A stretch of 64,000 nt of DNA, taken from NCBI GenBank assembly GCA_045837725.1, contig JBEWZL010000227.1, positions 62,001 to 126,000 on the forward strand, written 5' to 3'. Source of the stretch: Vermamoeba vermiformis. Lineage: Eukaryota. The position numbers and the translations under genes are program-made. Shown here one piece after another: positions 13,372 through 24,167 of this stretch. Below the pieces are notes generated by a model that saw only the letters and a program-made list of their open reading frames with translations, had not been told where the DNA came from and did not search any database. Position 1 is the stretch's first letter. Each line of letters begins with the position of its first letter.

Positions 13372-15812
13372 ATGACGACGGAGTACCCATTGTGCCCTTC
13401 GTTTACTCCAGCACAAGTTAGTACTGGTAAGAGATACTAAAGATCTTCTTTAATTTATTTAACACGAGCAAAATTAGGGTTCGAAGGAATAGAATATTTT
13501 CGTGGTGAAATTCAGCTAGCTGCGACGATAATTATCGTTGGAACCATGATGATTTCACAAATCTGGTTAGGGCTTTTGTTTTTGCCTATCCCACAGCTTC
13601 CACAATTTATGAAAAAATTGGATATTGAGCTTAATTTTGAGGAGATATTGGAGAGGAAAAAATCACAGCTGAGTGAGGAGGATAGTTTATTAGGAGAAGA
13701 AGAAAATGGGAAGATCGAAAAAGAAAATCCGAAACCTCTATTGATTATTTACAAGCGTGGCTGTTGTTTGAAAAACTATCCACGCGTAATAGAATTAGAG
13801 AATTTATCTGGTCGGCACTAAATAATAACCTTAATGTAAATGCAGTAATCTCTCACTTCATTGCAGGAGTCACAAGCAAATGTCCTCTATGCCCGGGCAA
13901 AGAGACTGTTAATCATCGAATTATCACATGCGACTACACAGCAGATATCACACGACAGTTCCGTACATTCTGGCATACATCCACAAACAAAAATTTACCT
14001 GAAGACTTCAACTTAATGAACGCCCACAACATTAAACAACGACAGCAATTGCTCATTAACTTATACAGCATTGTCCTTTATTCAATCTGGATAGTTAGAA
14101 ATAACAAAGTGTTCAACAACAATTTAGTCCCAATATCGCAGATTATAGAAAGAGAACTGAGAAGATTCTACGCCAAGATTTCATTTCGTGCTAAATTAAG
14201 TATCTCACAAACACAAAACACTCAAAAGCTATCAATCATCGATAACACTAGAAGGAAATGGTCAAATACAATGTTCGACTTTGATCAAGACGCAAATGTA
14301 ATTGTACAATATAGCTTCAACTGGCAGTAAAGTGGACAAATTCAAAGATTGCTCTCTCTGGTGCTTGGCAACCCCAGGGCTGGAGATCAATATAAGCAAT
14401 TCAGTCGGGCATTCGGCGACCCCAGATGCTTGACTGTTGCTTGGATTTGTTTCGCTTGATTGATCTACTGTAATCAAACGACGCTTTATGCCAACGTTTT
14501 TACAATAGTGATATCAACAGTTGTTGGTCTAATAAATGGAGATTTAAACAAAAAAAATAAAAAAATAAAATAAAAAAAAAAAAAAAATCCGAAACGACCA
14601 AGAAGAGCATCTGGAGGCGTGGCAACGGTAATAATAGTGGTTATATTGATTATAGTGAGCACTACATCGTTTGTTGTGACGAACGAATCAACAGGATCCA
14701 TTAGTTTCCAAACTAACCAATTATCGACGACCAATTTGTTATCAGATCAACGAATGCAAGCAGGCCTCTTATTCAATTTTGGAGAATACAGTTCTTCTGG
14801 CGATGCATATATTATGTTCAAAGATCCTCGAGACAGCAATCCTAAGCGGCAATTCGGCTGTAAATTACAAGTGGCGTACCAAGAGCGGCCTTATCTAACT
14901 CCGTTACCAATTTTTCCGTTAGATTTGGCTTCTTTACGACCTATCAAGGCATTTAATGGTGTTCAGCTTTATGCGACGGTTTGCAGAGCAAATTCAAGCC
15001 GATCTGTTTTGGTGGATGTGAGTACTCCCGTAATACCCGCTTTGGAACACTATCCTCCTCCTGGAATATTCACGGATAAACCTCTTAAATTGCAAATGTA
15101 CAGGGACTCAGTTAAGGAGGTCAGTGTTATCAATCTGACTTGGACTTGGGTGGAAATGGTTTCGACATCCGTGCTGGATTTGCTAAGTCCGTTGGTAAAT
15201 TCGAGGAAATTGCAGGCAAAAATTGGATATCATCTTGATACGAGATCAATAGCAGATAATTTTACGTATACTTCTCCCGCCGGCTGGACGGTCAGCACAT
15301 CTTGGCCGAACTGCACAGAACTTCCTAATTCAGCCTATGAGCCAATATTATCGTTTATAGTGTCAAATGTGGAGCAGGATCCAAACAACCAATCATACAT
15401 TGTGTCGGAAAAATCTTTGTTGTCGTGGGCCTTTGCAACACTGGTAACACTTGGTAGCGTTATTGCGCTAAAGCCAACTATTACAAAATACTTAGAAAAG
15501 TTGTCGAATTATTGGACGATGAAGGCGTGGGCGAGATGGGTGTTATTTGCGATTTATACGGTAATTATGCCGTTGCCACTAACCGTAGTGTTGCTTAAGT
15601 TGGCGAAGTTCCAAGAAGAAAGGGTTAAAATTCGCGGGGCTACGTACGATTATTACGCTTATATGGGATTATGGCTCATAATGCTTTGCATTCTCGAGAT
15701 CATAATGTGGCTCGCAGTTCTCCTCCGTCAAATCCACAAAGTTGTGACTGACTGCCGAAAACGCCGTCAAGAACAACTAGAGATAATTTATATGGGGACC
15801 GAAGATATATAA
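13372..15812 (+). pseudogene. Multi-pass membrane protein gene (509 aa when reconstructed) interrupted by a retrotransposon insertion
   Basis: Exon 13372-13426, intron, then exon 13478-13735 joins in frame to 14596-15812 once the insertion and one TSD copy are removed (…KENPK|RPRRASGGVATVII…); 1530 nt open frame; about 5 hydrophobic segments. Confidence 0.8.
13736..14583 (+). mobile_element. 5'-truncated non-LTR retrotransposon (L1/Tx1-like): ORF2 C-terminus, 3'UTR and poly(A)
   Basis: Frame open 13737-14330 with zf-RVT-like CPLCPGKETVNHRIITC and SIWIVRNNKVFN; AATAAA at 14531; A-rich tail about 14546-14587; flanking direct repeat AAAATCCGAAAC at 13724-13735 and 14584-14595. Confidence 0.9.
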
Positions 15813-15986
15813 TAAATATCGGAATGTTAATCACGGGTTTCCACGTAAGCAACTTTTTCAAATAAAAAACGACGTTGCAGTTCAAAAACAGACGTGCACC
15901 AGATACAATGATATTATTTAATTTCCGAAGATAGTACGGAAGCAACCGCTTGGTAATCTCATCATTACCTTTACAACAATCAATCT

Positions 15987-17955
15987 ATGGATTCTTTCGA
16001 AGATCTTGATCCTTTCAGTAAGTTTGAATCTATCGTAATTAAAGGCAATTTTTTTTAATATTACCAAATAATAATTGATACTCCTCGTTAGGGGATTTCT
16101 TTAGTTGTCGAGTTATTTTACAATTTTTTCAAAATAATTTTTATTATTACTGACGATCATTGATCTTACCAGAAAATTCATCATCGAACCCAGCATACGA
16201 CATGTTGTCGCAAGGAGATCAATTAGTGCACGACCTTTTATCCCTGTATCGATCTCAAATCAAAACGGATGTGACGCTGGTTGTCCAATCAAAAGAATAC
16301 AAAGTTCACCGCTTAATACTATCCACACGATCAAAATATTTTAGCAAATTATTCGAAGAGCATCCAGATCAACATAGAATCGAGTTGGACGAACCATTCA
16401 ATTTAGTTGCGTTCGAACACATACTAGAATATATTTACGGAGGCCAAATCATGGTTAATACAAGTAATATCGATACATTAGCAGCAATCGCAGAGAAATT
16501 TCGCTTAAAAAAGGTAAAGTCGTTGTAAGATCTGATCTTTGGTGCGGAAATTTTATTAATATTTTATCTCTAATTATTTGATTAACGATTTATGAATAAT
16601 ATTAAATTTTAGCTTATTTAATTGTTATTATTATAGTTATGCAGACTTTTGGGAAGTTTCTACGGCACAGAATTGACCGGTGACAACGTCGTTAAAAAAT
16701 TAGTCCACTATCATAAGACAGAGAACAAACGAGCAGTCCAACAATGCTTATTATACATCGATCATATATTTACTACGAATTACAGATTAGAAAAGGAACT
16801 TTTAGAGTTGCCTTTCGAAATTTTGATCCAGATCGTGCAACGCAAGACGCTGGATTCGACCGAATCGAGGATCTTAAAGCTGTTAGTTGAATGGCATAGC
16901 CGTCGTGTAGACGATTTGGTTGATTCGGATATATTGCAGAAACAAATGCAGCAGCTGTCAGCACATCTCAATCTATTTTTATTGTGCTTAGAGGATCCGA
17001 TGCCTTTGTTCAACGTTCTTCGGCCTAATGGCTGGGTCACCGATGTAGAATTATTATGGAATGCTCTTACAACTAGGGTCTCTGCGGGAGATATTGGAAT
17101 CGGAAGAGCAGAGACAAATCCGATGTTCATGAAGCGCAAACCTGCACCAAAAATTTCTAAAAAGAAAAAAGAAGCGTTCAAAGTGGCTATTTTGGGCTTA
17201 CCACGTGCTGGCAAGACTTCGGTCATGAAGTACTTCTTGCGTAAAACACATCCTGATCTTCAAAGTAAGTTCGTTTGGCAAATCCAGTTCCAGTTAGGGC
17301 TCTTCACGAAAAACGATCGTATTAATAGTATTATTATTTATAGCAACGACAATTATGGTGGAGGAATTTGAATTTGAAGGCAACACCGTTCAATTACGCG
17401 ACTTCAATGCCGAAGATGCTCAAAAACTATGGTATTCAGAGGTCAATAAGGGCATTGATGGACTAATATGGGTGATTGATGCGACAAATCTATTAGAAGA
17501 GAATATCGACGCCATTAACAACATCATGGACTTCGTTGGCCAGAAAGATCTTCCAGTCCTGATCTTAGCGCACAAGAGTGACATCAATACTGCCCGAACG
17601 GACGACGTAATTAGCTTCTTAAGGTACTTTAATATTTTTGATAGAGCTGTTCATAACTTTCAATCCGTTACGTTTTTCCTAATTTGGAAATTCTAACACT
17701 TCTATATAGAATTACAAGGAGCGTGTATTTTAGTCTCGCTAAACGTACTATACTGGACACATGGCATATAGTTTCAAGTAACATGAACACCCCAGGATCG
17801 TTAGATGACGGTAAGCTCGACAGATCCGTACAAACGTCGCCACATAGGCAAATTAATTAACGAATTAATTGCTAGGCATGAAATGGTTATTAGAGAAGAT
17901 GATAGAGAACACTCTAAAGAGGAAAAAGCACGGTGTAATTAGTCGAGCTAAATAA
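15987..17955 (+). CDS. BTB-BACK-like domain fused to a degenerate C-terminal Arf-like G-domain (copy 2)
   Basis: Exons 15987-16017, 16173-16513, 16637-17264, 17344-17623, 17710-17810, 17876-17955 in frame; BTB motif; P-loop GLPRAGKT, GLIWVIDA, LILAHKSD, SLDDGMKWL. Confidence 0.82.
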
Positions 17956-18064
17956 ATCTTCCGCCTTGGATCTGCCCTAAGACAGCTTTTCAATCAAAAA
18001 TGAGGTCCTTATTATAGTATTATATTATTATACTGCTATGAGTCTTTGTTATGCTATTTGCCGT

Positions 18065-18958
18065 TTATTCTCGCACAACGGTTATAGTGCACGGACATTC
18101 TTTGACGGCATGTTCAACAATGGCTGACGAATGTTTAGCTAGGGTACCTTTAGGACTATAATACCATAATATATTATTATTAGTACAATAATTGATATTC
18201 GAATGCTATTTCGGTCAGATCTGACACAATGAAAGTACGTACATAAATCCTGTGTTTCCTAACACAACCTCTGCTCGTTCTCTTGTAGCTACTTTGCATA
18301 TTTCTTCGGCAATATGTAGAGGACCGCTCCATGATCTATATAAAAGAGTGTTATTCGATGGCTTAATCAAGCTGGATGCGATCCGATCTCGAGATTCGAC
18401 TTGCTAGTAATTTTAAGTAGAAAAAAGCATGTGATGCAAATTATTATGATTATATGCGATAGTTAATTATTTAGCTACGTACTCTACGCCGACGACTTGG
18501 CCCGTGCAATTTCGTCCAAGTTCTTTGCACTTGTTCAAATAGCTCGATAATATTTCGCGGCCCTTCTCTGTGCTCTTTTTGTTCTCTTTCATAATTTCTT
18601 CGTTTGCGGAGGTAAAAAGTGATTTAGCTTTGTGTTCTACGAGCGTAAGAAGTATGATCTGGTCTTCTGGCCGACTATTTCGAATAGCATAAGCAAAAGG
18701 CTGATAAAAATATGCTATTAATTTCGGCGTAAATATTAGTCGTAATTTTCGAGCACGAGTAATCAATAATAAATAACAAATAAAATAATAATTAATTTCA
18801 AATTGGTAGAGGGCTTCTTTTTGCGTAATTTTGCCACTTGATATTTTAGTACACTAGCGTTGCGCATTTTTAAAAATTACGAGTTGATTTACCTTCAGAC
18901 TGAATGGATTTGCATCTAGCGCAACCAAAAAGTTCCTTTTCTCCGGTTGAAATGACAT
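18065..18958 (-). CDS. Universal stress protein (UspA-like)
   Basis: NFLVALDANPFS…FAYA…IILLTLVE N-terminus; IAEEICKVA…VVLGNTG; C-terminal VEHAVKECPCTITVVR; 4 exons. Confidence 0.8.
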
Positions 18959-19204
18959 TATAATACGAGTAATACTTATAAACAAATGTTTAGTGGTCTT
19001 TTGGCGTAGGATCCAACCAGTAAAAATAAAAAACACAAAAAATTCAGCGTTCCTTTGATTGTGCAAGCACGTGGCAATTTTTGTGCGCGATAACAATGGC
19101 TACGTTAGTCCTGGGCAATTATTATTTAACAAACTGCTATAATGAGGCTATTTACAAACTTCGTAAGTGAAAACTCGATGCTCTACCAAGCAACGAGGCT
19201 CTAA

Positions 19205-20151
19205 CTACGAATTTCCAGTTCCAAATATCTCGGTGACGGCTGTATCATCACCAGCAAACTTTCTATAAAGTTCGTACCATTGATTTCGAATTTCCTCTGC
19301 GGAGATTGTTAGATCGGATTCGGATCTGACGGTATTTTTGATATTTACCTCGCTTGAGCTCTAATTTGGCACAAAATTGCTTATATTCCTCAGATTCCTT
19401 ATTTACAGTAAATTTCAGTTGCTGGTACAGCACGAGTTGTTCCCTAAATCCGCTATTTGGATAAACGACCGATCGTTTTGATTTGACGAGCGCCAAAGCT
19501 GCTTCAAAATCCATCTGATTCGTTTTCATAACATATCTATAATAATAAAACCGTTAGGAATGTGGAGAAAGCAGATTCCGTTTTGAGAACATCACTTACG
19601 CGATTACAACTGAAGCGCTACGACTAACTCCGGCGGCACAATGTACTTTAATAATAAAATAAGTATGATATTAACATGCGAACGTATTCCCTGCCGTTCT
19701 TACCAAAGACTCGCCCTTGTTTTCGCGCCTCATGGATAAATTCAACCACTGCCGCAAAAAATAAAGTTTAGTTTAATATGATAATAACATTTGAGTGGAT
19801 TTTACCTTCGTCAAAGTGCTGCAATAGGTTTTCATCTTCTCTATCAAGCGCTGTAATTTTCTTTGGAAAAAACACAAAATCCTAGGCAGTTAATGAGTGT
19901 TAGGCAGTACTCATGGTATTATACAAAATAATATTAATACGAGGCCGATAATTTTTGGTTTTAAATTGCGCACCATACGAAGAAGATAATTAATTTCTTT
20001 AGATGCAGTTTTTTACCTGGTATTTGTCCTCTTCTAAGCTTTCTCCAACGGAGATAATATGAGTAATTTTATACTCTCGTAAGTGTTGCACGTTTCGCGC
20101 TTGTATTATGTCTCCAAGAAACAAATTTGGAATGATCTCGTCAAGCGACAT
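19205..20151 (-). CDS. Atypical dual-specificity protein phosphatase
   Basis: EIIPNLFLGD, ITHIISV, ENLLQHF, catalytic VHCAAGVSRS, AYVMK, YPNSGFREQL across 6 exons. Confidence 0.92.
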
Positions 20152-20362
20152 GATAATTGCTTGGTGGTAACTTGTATTTGCTTAATATGGAATGAATTTA
20201 ATGAAGAAGTGTGGTGCTAAAAGCAGCTTTGTTCATGAAAAGTAGCGGTTCACAAAAAACAAAAATTACGTGCTCCGTAGATCTTGCCAATGATGAATTT
20301 GCTATGTACATTTACTCTATTAATATTAAATTACAACATCTTTTAACACGTGGTAAATCTTT

Positions 20363-21685
20363 CTAATGATCTTTGAGCTCTTCTGAATCGGAATCCAGAT
20401 CTTCGCTGTTACTTTCATCAGATCCTGACTCGTCCTTCCTAGACGGTTTTGGCGATGTTTTTCGTTTAATTTTGAACAAATTCTTCAGTTTGTTCGTGAA
20501 GCCCTTCTTATCCCTATCATTAGGCGATGAACCAAGTGAATTTTCTTCGTCGTCAGTCGCAGTTCGTTTTAGCCTCAGAGTACCGAAGCCAAAGAATCCT
20601 TTCTTCTTCTTTTTAGCCTTGCCGCTATCTCCTCCTAGATACATCATATAAAATTAGCCTTATTTAGTAATTGACACTTAAAAACGCGTGCTTTATGTAT
20701 TTGCTCGTTAATTTCAAGATCGCTAATTAATTTCGAAATTTATGTCATTGCAATGGCCTAATTAAGCAATCAAAAGACAAAAATTACCTTGGTTTATCGT
20801 AGTATCGAGTGATTCGAGCGATTTTGTTCGTTCAAAACTTAATTGGGAAGGATCGAGTGTTAATTGTTCAAAAATCGATGATCGTAGTTTATCCAGCTCA
20901 CAACGGACGAAATTAGCTACAAAATATTATTAGTTAATGTTTGGATATTCATTAATAATATTTATCTCCTTGGTAATATTTCAAAACCCTTGTGATCCGA
21001 TCGGAATCTATTTCGATTACTTACTCATATCATCTTCGCTAGTAGCCATTATATGATCGAGCTCCTCTTTGTCGTGCTTAACTAATATCATTTCATTATG
21101 CAGTTCAATTACTGGATCCGATATGTCAGCGATACAGTCCTCTTCAAATTCAAACCAGTCTTGTGTAAATATCTCTGCGATTTCTTCAACATAAACTTCC
21201 ATTGGAATACCATTAGAGGCATTGCTTCTATATATACAAGAGTTAATAAGCGTGGACAGTAAATTTCGGGAACAGATCCGAACAATAAATAAAAAGCGAG
21301 ATTACCATGGCTTTTTGTTTATAAATCAGGATAAAATAATAATATATAAATGTATTTGCGGAATAGTAGCATTAGAGCACTTAATTAAACGAAATAGAAT
21401 CTTTGGCCATCTAAAAGCGAAAAAATATCTTGTATTTTCAATCGTGCAGTGATAAATAATATCACAATTAGAATATATATAATTTACATGATTTTTAGAG
21501 ACTATTTTTAAGGCACTTAAATCAAAAAGAAACAAGTACTCCTGCCGGTTGAATCCAGCAACAAAATAACTAATGTACGGCGTACTTGGCAGTTGCTGCC
21601 GAAGTAACTCTGGTTAAATTAATAATAATACAGGTTATACGTACATTGGATTCTCTAATTGCGCTGAGGCGCGTTGATCTGACAT
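20363..21685 (-). CDS. Hypothetical low-complexity (acidic/basic) protein
   Basis: Putative exons from ATG 21685 (MSDQRASAQLENP…) through MEVYVEEIAEIFTQDW… to the Lys/Ser/Asp-rich last exon 20363-20637; no recognisable domain; start uncertain. Confidence 0.5.
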
Positions 21686-22357
21686 TGGACGGTTGGATTA
21701 GATTCTTGGTCAACCCTCCTTGGCATAAACGGCCGTTATAAGTGTGCAGTGTGTATTTCGCGAGTAAACACAAAGATTTTATCGCTCTGCGAAATTAGAT
21801 TCTGCGCGGGAGGAAATCAAACCGATTTAAATTAAAAAGTTAAAATTGGAAAAAAGTTATAAAATCTACCAGCGAGGCTGTCTGACTCGTCAAATGAGAT
21901 TACACTGTATTATTAGCGTCTTCGCGTATCATCAGCAAATCTTCAATTTCATTGGCCAATAATGGATCTTGCACGCCGCATCATCTAAACCTAGGACTTG
22001 GAACCGGGTCTCAAGCCAGATCTGCTTATTAATTGAAAATTACGCCTTATAAACAAGCGAGAGCCCACCATAGGAGTGATTTGAATCATCATAGGCGAAG
22101 TTTCATCGATTAAACCTAGGAAACGAAATCGTCCCAAACCCCGAGTTCTGGAGATAGTCTGGGAATGAGATAAATTTAAGTTAATTTTGGGCTTTTGTTT
22201 CTGTAATCATGAAATTTTGCTGGTCTCTGTCATTTTTCTAAATAAGGAGCGATCTGGGGTGAAATCTTGTGGTGTGTATCCTTGCTGACATATTTTCGCG
22301 TTCGAACATCATCATTTCTCATTCAAGAATTTGACGTCAAGACCACGCATAAACAAA

Positions 22358-22974
22358 ATGTCTAAGCAATTAGAACGCAAGCAAAGCAAGATGCAGATCA
22401 AAACGCTCAGACTGTCGCCTTCAAAGGTGATTCAGCGAAACGATTGGACTGTTCAAGAACTTGTTACTAGGTAATTATCTAGTCGCGGTATTAATTGCCT
22501 TGATTCAATATGCATTCTATAATTTTTATGCGAAAGCGAAATCCGTTTTTGATTATACTTATTCCAAAGAGTCTTCTCTAACCTTTCGATTGTAGAAAAA
22601 TCAAGGTCCAAGTGAATATTATTAGAATTCAAGCCGTATTATCGTGCTCGAGCTCAGTTAACTTCAACCTTTTGTGCGATGAAGAATTTGCGATCAACGC
22701 ACCTCAGATTTGGCTTAAGGATGCCCTGAAAGACCTCAAGTCCACTAGTTTCCTGCAAGCAGAACTGATATCAGAATTGTTTAACTTCTACCAAAAGCTT
22801 GGCTTCTTAGATCGACTGATCGAAGTCAAAGAAGCGCAAGAACGTGCGACCCAAACACATTTTGACTGCTCGGACCTGCCCCCGTTGGTCAACTCGCCAA
22901 CTTCTCGAAAACTATTTACTCATAAGCGACGAAGCCCGCCTAAACAATCACTAAGCCCAATGAACAGCCATTAA
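22358..22974 (+). CDS. Hypothetical protein (2 exons)
   Basis: ATG 22358 exon joins in frame through a GT-AG intron (about 22471-22595) to ORF 22612-22974; AATAAA downstream. Confidence 0.55.
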
Positions 22975-24167
22975 GGCCTGAATCTGGTCTTCATTCGATG
23001 TAAATAGTTGCGGAATAAATGTACATAGCCTTGTTTCATAATACTACGGTCTACGTTGCGAATGGTGAGCTCGATGCCTCAGATATGCACGCGCAGATCT
23101 GTTTTAGGAAAATCTCCCGATAATCTCTCAAACATAATATTGCTATTATTCGTTTTCTCTGGGCGCGAACTGATTCTCATGGTGTTCTAGGGTTCTAAAC
23201 CTCGTTAAGCCGTCCAGTAAGCTCCATCTAGCTTCGGACTGTTTCCGAGGTGAACATTTTGGTGAGGATCAGTGAACGATTTTCCAGACACCGTAGTCAG
23301 ATTCTCATATTCAGACGTAGAACAGCTACATATCTCATTAATCATTCGTTTTAACGCTTGTTCTACCGATGCAAGCGACATCCGAGAGAATTTTGACTTG
23401 TCGGGTCTCTGAGTCGATAGAAGTTTATCGCTTGCTCAAGTTTGGTGCGTGAGTTTGACCAATGATCAACTGCGTCGCCCAGTGTGGATCATGTATTCGG
23501 TAATGAGCTTGTAAAGGAAAACACTTTTCAACGGCAATCGCGTCTTAAAACTCTTCTGACCTTTCTCATTGGTGGATCATTCATAATTGTAACGTGTTTA
23601 GTCTCGAGGTGATAGCAAATGCACGATGGATAAGCCTACATAAATTGTCGTTGCATCGCTCGGCTTTCAAGAATGGAAGTGGCATCCGTTGAATTATCTT
23701 CTGTATTTCGTAAACCTAGTATTCTGAGATAGAATATATATACCACAAGATTTTTAATTGCAGTAATAACATGAAACAATTAAAATCTCGTGCGGGGTGA
23801 TTAATCCAGCTCATACTTTAGCGGTGTAACGGTTATGCAGTATGCTCTTGATAAATTTTATTCCTTGCGGTAATCCGCGGTGCTAATTAATATACTACGT
23901 GTGAAATGATATTCTTGCGTAAAAATAAGCCAAAAATAAATATTAATTAGGTCGATCAGAAAGTAGATGAAATCTAATCCGAGTGACTGAATGCCCGAAT
24001 TATTCTCCAATCCAGCCAATATAAAACTATTATTTAAATTTAATAAATTACCTCATTCGTGTTTTACTGATTAACGGAAACGGAAGACAGAGAATAACCG
24101 CCGCGCCAATTTTTTTTATTCGATCTTTTCTATTGCACATAATACCTATATATCTATATATTTATAA

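Noticed and set aside
13250-13630. Weak resemblance to a Na+/H+ exchanger C-terminal TM region
   Set aside because: It is better explained as the upstream region and N-terminus of the LINE-interrupted membrane gene; no other exchanger motifs are present.
14619-15812. 397-aa ORF as a stand-alone gene or as part of the retroelement
   Set aside because: It starts at GTG, lies outside the TSD and is in frame with the exon upstream of the insertion.
23200-23700. Moderately GC-rich intergenic stretch with a roughly 58-aa minus-strand ORF (MSLASVEQALKRM…)
   Set aside because: No recognisable domain or consistent splice model; it may be a decayed gene but I cannot support a call.
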